Origin: Dehalococcoidia bacterium
GTDB lineage: Bacteria > Chloroflexota > Dehalococcoidia > Plut-88900
Assembly: GCA_965207225.1 (NCBI GenBank)
Contig: CBDBLV010000005.1
Coordinates: 64,001 to 128,000, forward strand
DNA length: 64,000 bases
Direction: 5' to 3'
The translations under genes and the position numbers were made by a program. The notes under the pieces were generated by a model that ran no database searches, was not told the DNA's origin, and saw nothing but the letters and a program-made list of their open reading frames with translations. Position 1 is the stretch's first letter; each line of letters starts with the position of its first letter. Shown one piece after another: positions 39,431-49,378 of this stretch.

Positions 39431-40467
39431 AAGAGCTCGCCGTCGCCGCCGTTGAGGGATGGGGGGATGGGGAGTTGGGGGAGCTCGGCTTTTTCGCGGA
39501 TGCGGTTTTCGAGGGAGAAGGCCATTTCGGGATTGCTCCGGAGGTACTCCTTGGCGTTCTCGCGACCCTGGCCCAGGCGGGTCTCGTCCCAGGAGTAGAA
39601 GGCGCCGCTTTTCCTGAGGATGCCGTACTCGACGCCGAGGTCCACTAGGTCTCCTTCGCGGCTGATGCCCCGGTTGAACATGATGTCGAACTCTGCGATG
39701 CGGAAGGGGGCGGCGACCTTGTTCTTGACGACCTTGGCCCGCACCCGGTTCCCGACCACGACCGACTGCTGCTTTATGGCTTCGATCCTTCGCAAGTCGA
39801 TGCGGACGGAGCTGTAGAACTTCAGGGCCCGACCGCCGGGGGTGACCTCCGGGTTGCCGAACATGATGCCGACCTTCTCCCGGAGCTGGTTGATGAAGAC
39901 GACGGCGCAGTGGGAGCGGCTGGTGGCGGCGGTGAGCTTGCGGAGGGCCTGGGACATGAGGCGTGCCTGGAGGCCGACATGGGTGTCGCCCATCTCGCCT
40001 TCGATCTCGGCGCGGGGTACGAGGGCGGCTACGGAGTCGATGACGACGATATCGACGGCGTTGGAGCGGATGAGGGCCTCGGCGATTTCGAGGGCCTGCT
40101 CGCCGGTGTCGGGTTGGGAGATGAGGAGGTCTTCGATTTTGATGCCGCAGTTGCCGGCGTAGGAGGGGTCGAGGGCGTGCTCGGCGTCAATGTAGGCAGC
40201 CATGCCGCCGTTGGCTTGGGCCTGGGCGATGAGGTGCTGGGCGAGGGTGGACTTGCCTGCGGACTCAGCGCCGAAGACCTCGATGATGCGGCCCTTAGGG
40301 ATGCCGCCGATGCCGAGGGCGATGTCGAGGCCGAGGGAGCCGGTAGGGATGGCTTCGACGGTGAGGGCTCGGGAAGCGTCGCCGAGGCGCATGATGGAGC
40401 CCTGGCCAAATTGCTTTTCTATGTGTCCAAGGGCCAGTTCGAGGGCTTTGGTTTTCTCGGTTGTCAT
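39427..40467 (-). CDS. recA: Recombinase RecA
   Basis: [32 protein letters not shown]; start MTTEK 7 nt after TATCAT. Confidence 0.98.
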   Translation of the reverse strand: MTTEKTKALELALGHIEKQFGQGSIMRLGDASRALTVEAIPTGSLGLDIALGIGGIPKGRIIEVFGAESAGKSTLAQHLIAQAQANGGMAAYIDAEHALDPSYAGNCGIKIEDLLISQPDTGEQALEIAEALIRSNAVDIVVIDSVAALVPRAEIEGEMGDTHVGLQARLMSQALRKLTAATSRSHCAVVFINQLREKVGIMFGNPEVTPGGRALKFYSSVRIDLRRIEAIKQQSVVVGNRVRAKVVKNKVAAPFRIAEFDIMFNRGISREGDLVDLGVEYGILRKSGAFYSWDETRLGQGRENAKEYLRSNPEMAFSLENRIREKAELPQLPIPPSLNGGDGELF

Positions 40468-40502
40468 GATTGGCATGATAGCACAAATGGGGCGGGTATT
40501 TA

Positions 40503-40570
40503 ATTGAACTTTGATTGAAGATTGATTGATCGTTGATTGAACTCGTAGCTGTTTTGATTGAATGACGCCT
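40503..40570. repeat. TTGATTGAA direct-repeat module upstream of recA promoter
   Basis: Five TT(G/A)ATTGA units; last 40 nt identical to 9676-9715. Confidence 0.85.
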
Positions 40571-40599
40571 GAACAGTCGGAGTGAGGAAAACCCATCCC

Positions 40600-40870
40600 C
40601 AGATTCCTCGCGGGGCATCGGAATGACAGAGAGAAAGAGGGTAGGGTGGGGGAGCCGTACGAGACGAGTTGGCAAGGCGTGGGCCACCCTCCGCTCATAC
40701 TTCGAGAGCCTCAGCACGAGCGGCCCAGCACCCGGGGATGGATTCCGGCTCGGGGGCCGGAATGACGGCAAGTGGGGGGAAGGGTGAGTTGCGGGGTTGT
40801 GGGTGACTTTCTCGGAGGGATGGATTCCCCCCCGACTTCTCGGGGGCAGGCTTTCCTCGGGAATGACGAT
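40600..40870. repeat. REP-like palindrome cluster
   Basis: ggatggattcc...ggaatgac units and ccgctcatacttcgagagcctcagcacgagcgg. Confidence 0.7.
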
Positions 40871-40901
40871 ATAAAGAGCGGGGATGATGGTGGGGGAGGT
40901 C

Positions 40902-41563
40902 GGGTTGTTCGGTTGTGGGGTCTGGGTTTGCATTTTGGTCTGTCTGTTGGGTTTTGGGTGGGCGATGGAAGGTCCGGGACTCTCACGCAGGATCTCTTTG
41001 GCACCTACGCCGACGCTTGTGGCATCGGCGGCTGTCCTGCCATTCCCTACACGCATGCCTTGGGAGACTTGCCGGTGTCGAGGGCGTCTCTGCGCGGGGC
41101 CTTCTGTTCTCCGCATCAACGCTCGACCGCTATGCGGAGCAGCATTCGACTCGAAGCCGTCACGGGGGAACTGTGTCCTCCGATGGCGGCAATTATGGAG
41201 CCGCGTAGGGGCTCTAGGGCCCTAATCCCGGTAACGCCGGGCCGTACACTTTCGCGGGCAAGTCAATGCCAGCGACATAGGCGTCCCAAGATAGGGAGCA
41301 CCGATTCGGCTGGGCCCCTGGAAGGGGGTGTGCCGCTTAGAGCTGATGGACCTTCCATCGCCTGGATGGATGGGGAAGGGGCACGGGACCCGTAGTGAGG
41401 GGATTACGTTCCTGGCTTGTGCCTCGGGCCTGCGCGAGGGCCGTTGGTATTGGCCAGGGCGTTTAGTTCCCCGATTGCTCGGGGACGATGCCTCTGGTCG
41501 GGTCTCGGGGGGTTTCCCCGGGTTTTTGGTTCCTCCTTCGATTATCAGATATTTGTTCGATCG
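40902..41563 (-). ncRNA. Candidate large structured ncRNA, copy C
   Basis: Conserved blocks; perfect 15-bp arms 41348-41362 / 40961-40975; ends approximate. Confidence 0.65.
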
Positions 41564-41569
41564 CAGGGT

Positions 41570-41598
41570 ATGATAGTACAGTCGGACAGGTGTGTCAA
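41570..41598 (-). promoter_or_regulatory. sigma70-type promoter of structured element copy C
   Basis: TTGACA (41598-41593), 17 nt, TATCAT (41575-41570). Confidence 0.8.
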
Positions 41599-41662
41599 GA
41601 GCAAATGTCCCATTTTTGGGGGGAGATGACGGGGTTGGCGGGGAGGGCGGGGAGGTTGCAGG

Positions 41663-42037
41663 TTAGCAGGTTCCGTTGGTGCGATGCCTGCCGAGCGCGT
41701 TTATCAATTCCTCCGCGCCACTGAGACCCGCATCGACCATCTCCCTTGTCCAACCGCCTTCGTAGAAGTTCTGGTGCAATCCCTGCACCAAGCCCAGCAG
41801 CTCGACGTAGCGCGATGCAGGGGGAGGGTTGCCGAGGATCAGCGCGGCATTCCTAAGAACCTTGCCGTGATGGTTGTGTTCCCACCCGCGCTCCTCCGAT
41901 ATGGCCTTGATATAGTGCGCAACGGCACCCCATGCCTTTTCAGAGGACTGAGCCAGGTCACCGCGATTGAACTCTTCCCGCGCCTGGGACAGGAACCTGC
42001 GGCTGGTCTCTTCGTGGTATTCGGTGGTGGTGACCAT
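41663..42037 (-). CDS. PaREP1/HEPN-like protein
   Basis: GDLAQSSEKAWGA..H.IKA...RGW, LHQNFYE. Confidence 0.8.
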   Translation of the reverse strand: MVTTTEYHEETSRRFLSQAREEFNRGDLAQSSEKAWGAVAHYIKAISEERGWEHNHHGKVLRNAALILGNPPPASRYVELLGLVQGLHQNFYEGGWTREMVDAGLSGAEELINALGRHRTNGTC

Positions 42038-42203
42038 ATTCGGACTCTTCTGCATCTCTGGGTTATGGGATGTGATACACATTATAGCCTACGCTTGCTA
42101 GTCAAGCTCTGGCCGAGGGGTTTGCGAGCCGGGCGGGGTCCGATAGGATGTGGGACCATTTTTTGACCGGCCTCGGAGGACGGGGCTGGGGAGGGAGTAG
42201 TCA

Positions 42204-42497
42204 ATGGGGCTGGATGTCTGGGTGGTGAAGATGGAGCATGTGGATTCGCCGACGGGGTTGCTGAAAGACTTCCTGTTTGACTTAACAGAAAATCTCGATT
42301 GGGGCTATGAGGGGTGGGGTGGGGGATGGGAGGGGAACGCCTTTATTGAAGTATTGAAAGAGGACTTGGGAGGTAGAGCGTGGGACTATGCGTCAGAGAA
42401 GCGGCTTTCGCAGGAAGACAGGACATATCTGCTGTCGTGGGTTGAAAACCTGCCCTGGAACCCGGGAGACGATCTTACGCTGACGTTGAATTGGTGA
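42204..42497 (+). CDS. Hypothetical protein
   Basis: SD GGAG, MGLDV start, 97-aa acidic ORF. Confidence 0.65.
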   Translation: MGLDVWVVKMEHVDSPTGLLKDFLFDLTENLDWGYEGWGGGWEGNAFIEVLKEDLGGRAWDYASEKRLSQEDRTYLLSWVENLPWNPGDDLTLTLNW

Positions 42498-42585
42498 GGG
42501 TTGAATCGTTCATTACATTGAAGGTGTGCTGTACCACATGCCTTAGTGCCGGTGAGAAGTCAAAAAGCATAGGGAGGGAAACTCC

Positions 42586-43620
42586 GTGGAAATTAGCCCA
42601 CATGATTATTTGGTGAATGAACTTGGGCGCAAATATCCATTGCCGCCTCGCACCTGCGTGTATTGTGAAATGACCATTGCGTTTCCTGAGGGGAATGCGG
42701 CAACTGAAAGATCGGTTGACTCTTTTCGACCCGATATCTCAATACGAAGCCAAGGTAATCTGATCGCGGTAATCGAAGTCATCGACAAGCATCCACCTGA
42801 TGAAGCTAAACTGTCGGCCCAGGAGAAGCTTCCCGACGCCTATTATTTCCATGTAAATGGGCATTTCTGGTGCACTCCTTGGTGTTGGAAGAACCAAGAC
42901 AATCCTCGCCTCTGCCCGATGCCGGTCTGTGAAGCCTGTGGCACATTAATCTACACTGTAGGATTTGGGACTCACGGTTTGGTGGATTGGGAGAGTCCAG
43001 GCGGAGAGTTGTGTCTCGAATGTGCCGCTCGAATATCCGACGGCCAGTGGAGAAGTCCCGGCGAATTAGCCTTAGGGGACCCAGAAGACAGGTTGCCAGA
43101 TTCAGATGCAACACCGGTTGAACTTTTCTTGTCATTTTCTGATGCTGATTTCTGGGCAATGGTCTGGACTAAACGCACCGCGACCTTGACACAAGCACGG
43201 ACGCCTGAAACTGAAACAGCCGCTAGATTGGATTTGGTGGAAGCGGCGTTCGAAAGTGGTGACTGGAACAGCGGGCAAAGGCTACTTCAGCCCATTGGTG
43301 CACCTGCCTGGGACAGGTCGGCTGAGGGCCCAATCTTGTTTGCCTGGGAACATGAAAATTGCGTGCGGACAGCGATGGCTTGGCGTAAGTTACGTGCATA
43401 CAGATTGCAATGTCTCCCGATGTCCATTCAAGTTTGCATTCGGTCACGACCTGCACTAGACAATGTAGTGACAGAGGTTGGACAAATCGTTATCACACAT
43501 AGGGGCTTCCCCGATGGGAGATACACAGCCTGTGGAATAGATCGGCAAAGAAACCGCGGTTTCTTAAGAACTTCCATGGATGGAGAGCCGACATGTCCCG
43601 AATGTAGACTCTTGAGTTGA
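42586..43620 (+). CDS. Hypothetical Cys-rich protein with PD-(D/E)XK-like motif
   Basis: RPDI...IEVIDKH, several CxxC; low GC; SD GGAGG. Confidence 0.6.
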   Translation: MEISPHDYLVNELGRKYPLPPRTCVYCEMTIAFPEGNAATERSVDSFRPDISIRSQGNLIAVIEVIDKHPPDEAKLSAQEKLPDAYYFHVNGHFWCTPWCWKNQDNPRLCPMPVCEACGTLIYTVGFGTHGLVDWESPGGELCLECAARISDGQWRSPGELALGDPEDRLPDSDATPVELFLSFSDADFWAMVWTKRTATLTQARTPETETAARLDLVEAAFESGDWNSGQRLLQPIGAPAWDRSAEGPILFAWEHENCVRTAMAWRKLRAYRLQCLPMSIQVCIRSRPALDNVVTEVGQIVITHRGFPDGRYTACGIDRQRNRGFLRTSMDGEPTCPECRLLS

Positions 43621-44026
43621 GAATTGAGGGCTGCTAATTCCAAGAGCTACTGACGGTCATTGGCAACTAACTCACCCACCCCAACCATATAAGTTAACAT
43701 GGAGGCCCTGCTATCCTCCGTACATGATCACGCAGTGATTCGTTGATGTCCGCTAGAAACCCCTTCCCCTTGCGAGCGTTGGCCTTGAATCAGGCTATGA
43801 TGTCAGCATCCCGCTTCACTGTAATCCGCCGCTTCACAGGCAGGTAGAAGACACCTAGCCGGAAGTTGGGGATGGTGGGGAGAGGCGTTACAGTCCATCA
43901 CGCGCCACCCCCAGGGATGGATTCCCGACCCCGTTCGGGAATGACGGATGGAGGTGGGTGGGGGCGATGGGAGGGGGAGGATGGATTCGGGGTCGGGGGG
44001 GTGATGGGAGGGAGAGGGGTGGGGGG

Positions 44027-44233
44027 CTAGACGAATAGTTTGACCAGGATTCCGACCATGCCGGCAATGAGCGCTGCACCGAAGCCGAACATGGTGAAGA
44101 TTACTCGGTCAAGCCGATGTTCGAGGCTGCTGAATCTTTGCTCCAGGTTGCCGACCCGGGTGTCGAGACTCGCCACTCTGCCTTCAAGCTGGCCAAGGGT
44201 GCGGGATATGTCTTCAGCGCTGGCGGTGGTCAT
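44027..44233 (-). CDS. Small coiled-coil + C-terminal TM protein
   Basis: LEGRV..LDTRV..LEQRF..LEHRLDR heptads then TM. Confidence 0.65.
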   Translation of the reverse strand: MTTASAEDISRTLGQLEGRVASLDTRVGNLEQRFSSLEHRLDRVIFTMFGFGAALIAGMVGILVKLFV

Positions 44234-44309
44234 TGGTTCAAATTCTCGCGCCTAAGCCTGAACGTCCGGGGGTGTTTACGGTCCAGGAATGGGAGGCGTT
44301 GCGACCCAA

Positions 44310-44765
44310 TCAATCGTCTATCGCTCGCAACATCTTTTCGTAGGCGGCTATGACGCGGGCATCCTCGCCGTTTCGTTGGGCTTCTTCGAGGGCGGATTCC
44401 AAATCGGTGCGCATCTCGGCACGGGCCTCGGCGCGGCCCTCGGCCAACCGCTTTTCTCGCAGGTGTCGTAAATATCTCTCAGCTAATACCATAATGCGAC
44501 TCCATATAAAGCTCAGGCTAACGACCATTATATCCGCAACTATCATGGCTATGACCGCCGAGCCGATGGCTATTGACCCGGCGTGGTCGAAGGTGGCCGT
44601 TATCAGGTTAAGGGTGGATTTTCCGTTACCCCCTTCCACTACTTCGTAGGAAGCCACAAGCCCCATGCCGGTTAGGAACAGGGCGAAGAAGGCAAGGAAG
44701 TACCATTTCTTGGCTTCCTGAGTTACTGTCCAGATGGACTCTCGGTAATTATTTTGTGGAGACAC
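44310..44765 (-). CDS. Hypothetical membrane protein
   Basis: Two TMs then EGRAEARAE helix. Confidence 0.6.
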   Translation of the reverse strand: MSPQNNYRESIWTVTQEAKKWYFLAFFALFLTGMGLVASYEVVEGGNGKSTLNLITATFDHAGSIAIGSAVIAMIVADIMVVSLSFIWSRIMVLAERYLRHLREKRLAEGRAEARAEMRTDLESALEEAQRNGEDARVIAAYEKMLRAIDD

Positions 44766-44903
44766 TCAGCCATCCCCCCCGGATATGCCGATGGGGGCGC
44801 ATGTCTTGGATATAGTAGACAGGGCATCCTGTGTCATGTAGTGCACTATACCCTATAATACAGGAGTGTGCCATCAAGAGAACAGGCCGAGTTTTCTTCT
44901 CCC

Positions 44904-46532
44904 TTAAAAGCCGCGGTAGTGGTTGACTATGGGCATGCGGCGGTCCCGTCCGAAGTTTCTCGGGGTGATCTTTACGCCGGGGGCGGCCTGGCGACGTTTG
45001 TATTCGTTGCGGTCGACGGTCTTGATGACACGCTTGACCATGTCCTCGTCGAAGCCCATGTTGACGATTTCGGCGAGGGACCTGTCCTGCTCGACGTAGG
45101 CCTCCAGGACGGGGTCGAGGATGTCGTAGGGGGGCAGGGAGTCGGTGTCCTTCTGGTCGGGGCGTAACTCGGCGCTGGGGGGTTTGTCGAGGACGCTCTG
45201 GGGGATGACGGGGGCCGGGCCCCGGGCGTTGCGGGTCTCGGCGAGCTGGTAGACCAGGACCTTGGGCACGTCCTTGATAACGGCGAAGCCGCCGGCCATG
45301 TCGCCGTAGAGGGTGCCGTAGCCCATGGCCATCTCGCTCTTGTTGCCGGTAGTGAGCACCAGCCAGCCGAACTTGTTGGAGATGGCCATGAGGAGGATGC
45401 CCCTCATGCGGGCCTGGAGGTTTTCCTCGGCGATGCCGGAGCCTGTGCCAGCGAAGTGGGGCGCGAGGGAGTCGAGGCTGGACTGGAACATGTCCTCGAT
45501 GGTGATGTTCCAAAGCTCGATGCCGAGGTTTCTGGCGAGGATGTCGGAGTCGGCGACGGAGCCCTCCGAGGAGTAACGGGAGGGCATGGTCACGACGGTC
45601 ACGTTCTCGGGGCCGAGGGCGTCGGCGGCGACGGTAGCGGTGAGGGTGGAGTCGATGCCGCCGGAGAGGCCGATGACGACCTTACTGAAGCCGTTCTTGC
45701 GCACGTAGTCCCGGGTGCCGATGGTGAGGGCCTGGTAGACCTCCTCTAGGTCGGGGAGGGGGTCAGGGAGGAGAGGGGCGGGAGGGTGGGAGAGGTCGGG
45801 GTCGATGTCGATAACCAGTAGGTCTTCGTCGAACTGCTTGCCTCGGGCGAGGACGGCCCCCGAGGGTGAGAAGACACAGCTGCCGCCGTCGAATACTAGC
45901 TCGTCCTGACCGCCTACCATGTTGGCGTAGCAGACGTAGACGCCGTTGTCTCGGGCGCGGTCGGCGAGCATTTCCTCCCGTTCACGGCCCTTGCCCCGGT
46001 GGTAGGGCGAGCCGTTGATGTTCATGATGACCCGGGCGCCGGCCGAGGCCTGGAGGTTGGTCGGGCCATGCTCGAACCAGATGTCCTCGCAGACGTTGAC
46101 GCCCACGGGGGTGTCGTTTATTTGGAAGACGGGGGAGTCGGTGCCGGGGAGGAAATAGCGCTTTTCATCGAAGACGCCGTAGTTGGGGAGGTGGACCTTG
46201 TGGTAGATGCCGAGGAGGCGTCGATCCCGGATGACGGCGGCGGAGTTGAAGAGGCCGCCCTGGTCGTCCGAGTCGACGAACCCGACTACGACCGCTATGC
46301 CCTGGGAATGGTCGATGATCCGGTCTAGGCAGGCGCGGTTCTCGGCGATGAGGTGTGGCTTGTAGAGCAGGTCCTCGGGGGGGTAGCCGGTGATGGTGAG
46401 CTCGGGGAAGGCGACGAGGTGGGCGCCGCGGGCTCGGGCTTGGTCGATGTAGTCGAGGACCTTGGCCGTGTTGCCCCGCAAATCGCCGACGGTGGTGTTG
46501 ATCTGGGCGAGGGCTGCTCGGAGTTTCGTCAT
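44904..46532 (-). CDS. nadE: Glutamine-dependent NAD+ synthetase
   Basis: FPEL..GYPPED, CEDIW, GLSGGIDS, TTGNKSE, PSAEL. Confidence 0.96.
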   Translation of the reverse strand: MTKLRAALAQINTTVGDLRGNTAKVLDYIDQARARGAHLVAFPELTITGYPPEDLLYKPHLIAENRACLDRIIDHSQGIAVVVGFVDSDDQGGLFNSAAVIRDRRLLGIYHKVHLPNYGVFDEKRYFLPGTDSPVFQINDTPVGVNVCEDIWFEHGPTNLQASAGARVIMNINGSPYHRGKGREREEMLADRARDNGVYVCYANMVGGQDELVFDGGSCVFSPSGAVLARGKQFDEDLLVIDIDPDLSHPPAPLLPDPLPDLEEVYQALTIGTRDYVRKNGFSKVVIGLSGGIDSTLTATVAADALGPENVTVVTMPSRYSSEGSVADSDILARNLGIELWNITIEDMFQSSLDSLAPHFAGTGSGIAEENLQARMRGILLMAISNKFGWLVLTTGNKSEMAMGYGTLYGDMAGGFAVIKDVPKVLVYQLAETRNARGPAPVIPQSVLDKPPSAELRPDQKDTDSLPPYDILDPVLEAYVEQDRSLAEIVNMGFDEDMVKRVIKTVDRNEYKRRQAAPGVKITPRNFGRDRRMPIVNHYRGF

Positions 46533-46593
46533 GGCGCAACGGGGCGGGTCGGGCGTCCGTTGGCAGTAGAGTATAGCACGGGGGTGGGGGAGC

Positions 46594-47862
46594 TCAGGTG
46601 AGGAGGTTTGCCACCTCCCTCATCCCCACCTCTTCCTGGGTGCGGTCAGACATGTTGCGGAGGGTGACTGTTCCGGACTCAGCTTCTCTTTCGCCGATGA
46701 TGGCGGTGTAGGGGACACCCAAGCTTCCGGCCTGGCGGAGCTGGGCCTTGAGGCTCTTGGAGGCGGGCCCGAGCATGTTCGTTACGCCCGACCTGACCAG
46801 CTCTGCGGAAAGGACGACGGCCCGCTGACGGGCTTTTTCGCCGACGTAGGCTACGAAGACAGTCGGGATGGGGGAGTCGGGGGGGTGGATGGACTGGCGT
46901 TCCAAGTTGAGGATGATGCGCTCGATGCCCATAGCAAAGCCGACGCCGGGGGTCGGGTTCCCGCCGATCTCCTGTATCAGGCCGTCGTAGCGGCCGCCTC
47001 CTCCGAGGGCGTTCTGGGCGCCTTCCTCGGTGGTCTGTACCTCAAAGACAGTGCGGGTGTAGTAGTCGAGGCCACGGACGAGTCGGTGGTCGAGGGCGAA
47101 GGGAACGCCCATGCCCTCCAGGAAGCCTACAAGGTCGGCGAAGTGGGACTCGCAGTCGGGGCAGAGGTGGTCTCGGCTGCGGGGTGCGTCCTCAATGAAG
47201 GGCTGGCACGGGGCATTCTTGCAGTCGAGGAGTCGGAGGGGGGCGCGATCGAGTCGGGCGGTGCAGTCGCGGCAGAGGCTTTCGACGTGGCCGCCGTAAT
47301 AGGACTTCAGGGCCTGCACGTAGGCTGGTCGGCAGGCCGGGTCGCCGATGCTGTTCAGCTGAAGGGTGAGGTCTTGCAGGCCGAGCTCCACAAAGACCTG
47401 CCAGCAGAGGCCGAGGATCTCGGCGTCAACGGTGGCGTCGGGGTCACCTATGGCCTCGACATTGAGCTGGTGGAACTGGCGGAGCCGGCCGGACTGAGGC
47501 CTGGAGTAGCGGAACATGGGGGCCATGACGGTGTAGAGGCGGACGGGCTGGGGCCGGGCGTGGAGCCCATGCTGGAGGTAGGCCCGGCAGACCGCGGCAG
47601 TGGCCTCGGGGCGGAGGGCGAGGGTGTCGCCGCCCGACTTGTCGGGGATGAGGTACATCTCCTTCTCGACGATGTCGGTGACCTCACCGACACCCCTGAC
47701 GAAGAGGTTGTAATCCTCGAAGATGGGGGTGTCGATCTGGCCGTAAGAGTAGCGCTCGCAGACGGAGACCATGGTGTCGCGGACGCTGCACCAGCGGGGC
47801 TGGGCGTCGGGAAGGATGTCTTCGGCGCCGCGGACGGAGCGATAGCGGGTCTGCCTGGGCAA
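46594..47862 (-). CDS. hisS: Histidyl-tRNA synthetase
   Basis: LRPEATA, RYSRPQSGR.RQF, RGLDYY, GGGRYD; TTG start after AGGAG. Confidence 0.97.
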   Translation of the reverse strand: MPRQTRYRSVRGAEDILPDAQPRWCSVRDTMVSVCERYSYGQIDTPIFEDYNLFVRGVGEVTDIVEKEMYLIPDKSGGDTLALRPEATAAVCRAYLQHGLHARPQPVRLYTVMAPMFRYSRPQSGRLRQFHQLNVEAIGDPDATVDAEILGLCWQVFVELGLQDLTLQLNSIGDPACRPAYVQALKSYYGGHVESLCRDCTARLDRAPLRLLDCKNAPCQPFIEDAPRSRDHLCPDCESHFADLVGFLEGMGVPFALDHRLVRGLDYYTRTVFEVQTTEEGAQNALGGGGRYDGLIQEIGGNPTPGVGFAMGIERIILNLERQSIHPPDSPIPTVFVAYVGEKARQRAVVLSAELVRSGVTNMLGPASKSLKAQLRQAGSLGVPYTAIIGEREAESGTVTLRNMSDRTQEEVGMREVANLLT

Positions 47863-48738
47863 GGTCGGTCTCCTATGGGTCGGGGTGAAGGATAGCGCGG
47901 AGGGGGGAGGGGGGCAAATGGGGGTGGGGGAGGGGGGTGGGGTTATTGCCGCTCGGGAAGCCGATCAGTGGGCAGTTGTTGGGGAAAGTATGACGTCGGG
48001 GCACATTGCAGTTGCATTTACCAGGGCTGGCGGCCCATATAGCCGAGCATTTTTTCCTGCAGGCCGGCAGTGTCAGGCACCGGGACTTCCGGGCCGATAA
48101 AACCGCCGTTTCGCCCCATTTCGGCAAAGCCGGACCTGAGCATCGGGTAGACCACAGCGACCAAGCCTGGGTCCAAGGTTGAATCCTGCCCCGTGGCTTT
48201 GGCCAAGTCCCAGGTGTGAATGAACTGGTCTGTCGCAATAGCCATCAGAAATTGTGCCATGGGCATGTCGCCAAACCTGGTGGGGACCACCCGTTCGAGT
48301 GCCCCGGGTCGCCCAGCAGCAGCAAGAACCGCATCGGACTCTGTCTGGTAGGCCTTAGAGAGTTTATCGGCGTCGATTTCAGCGATATAGGAGCTTTCAG
48401 TAGTTCCCGGGGCAAATTCAAAAGCATTGCCAAGCAACCCGGCAGTAGTAAGCTCGGCGCCGCCGATGAGATGGTTGATCACGGCGTGTACGTTCCATTC
48501 AGTGCAAGGAGTCGGAGCGTCTATCTGTTCCTGCTTTATGTGGGCCACCACCTCTTTTGCACGATCAATCGATAGTTGGTATAGGTCAACCGGGTCTGGC
48601 ATCGCCGCTTCTTGAGTCATAACTCCTCTTATTCCTGTGATGTGAACTTGCCGAAATGCCGGGTCTGCCTGGACAAGGCGGTCTCCTATGGGTCGGGGGT
48701 GAAGGATAGCGCGGAGGGGGGAGGGGGGCAAATGGGGG
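47847..48738 (-). repeat. ~78-bp direct repeat (hisS promoter, RBS and first codons) flanking an inserted gene
   Basis: 47847-47924 and 48661-48738 nearly identical; contains TTGCCC-17-TATCCT and AGGAG. Confidence 0.85.
48018..48620 (-). CDS. TIGR03086-like (maleylpyruvate isomerase/DinB-fold) protein
   Basis: PTPCTEWNV..VINH, IHTWDLAKATGQ, GRQP. Confidence 0.85.
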   Translation of the reverse strand: MTQEAAMPDPVDLYQLSIDRAKEVVAHIKQEQIDAPTPCTEWNVHAVINHLIGGAELTTAGLLGNAFEFAPGTTESSYIAEIDADKLSKAYQTESDAVLAAAGRPGALERVVPTRFGDMPMAQFLMAIATDQFIHTWDLAKATGQDSTLDPGLVAVVYPMLRSGFAEMGRNGGFIGPEVPVPDTAGLQEKMLGYMGRQPW

Positions 48739-48764
48739 GTGAAGGAAGGGAGGGGCGGATGGGA

Positions 48765-48977
48765 TCATGATCCCAGAAACTCTTTCCAGTCCAGACCCAA
48801 CTGTCTGATTGCCGAGCGCAGGGTCCCGATTTTCAAATCACGACTGCCCCAGTCCGGCAATGGAACGCTTTTTCGCGTTTGAGGGTTGAACCACCTTCTA
48901 TGGGACCCTCCGCTTCGCGTCGGAATCTCGTAACAACCCAACTCTGTGAGCTTGCGTGCGGCTTCCCGGTACCTCAC
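48765..48977 (-). CDS. hicA: HicA toxin
   Basis: GGSH, DLKIGTLRSAIRQLG. Confidence 0.88.
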   Translation of the reverse strand: MRYREAARKLTELGCYEIPTRSGGSHRRWFNPQTRKSVPLPDWGSRDLKIGTLRSAIRQLGLDWKEFLGS

Positions 48978-49219
48978 CTCACGGAGACGAAAGCCTCAAC
49001 GGACACCGAGCCGGCGGCATCGTCCACGTAGATGCTCGGCGGCAATGGGCGCCCCTCGTCCTCATAGATCTCCATCACCACGGCAAAGGCGTCCTCGACA
49101 TTGACCAGGCACTCCGAGATGGTGTCTCCCTCGGTTATCAACTCCGGCAGCAATGGAGAGGTAACGGTGTAGCCCCCTTCTGGCTGAGGCTCCAGAACCA
49201 AGGGTATCCTTGCTAACAT
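48974..49219 (-). CDS. hicB: HicB antitoxin
   Basis: EGGYTVTSPLLPELITEGDT..E; overlaps hicA start. Confidence 0.88.
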   Translation of the reverse strand: MLARIPLVLEPQPEGGYTVTSPLLPELITEGDTISECLVNVEDAFAVVMEIYEDEGRPLPPSIYVDDAAGSVSVEAFVSVR

Positions 49220-49378
49220 GCGCTCTCGTCAACCACCTTTCACAAGGCACTATAAGACAGTAGCCATGCTACCACCAACGCGGATGAACCAGCAAAGAAA
49301 GCGGCCACAATCGGGCGTAAAATTGCCCCACCCCACCCCCCGTGCTAGAATCCTTCAGCTTAGCCGGGGGCTTGCCCA

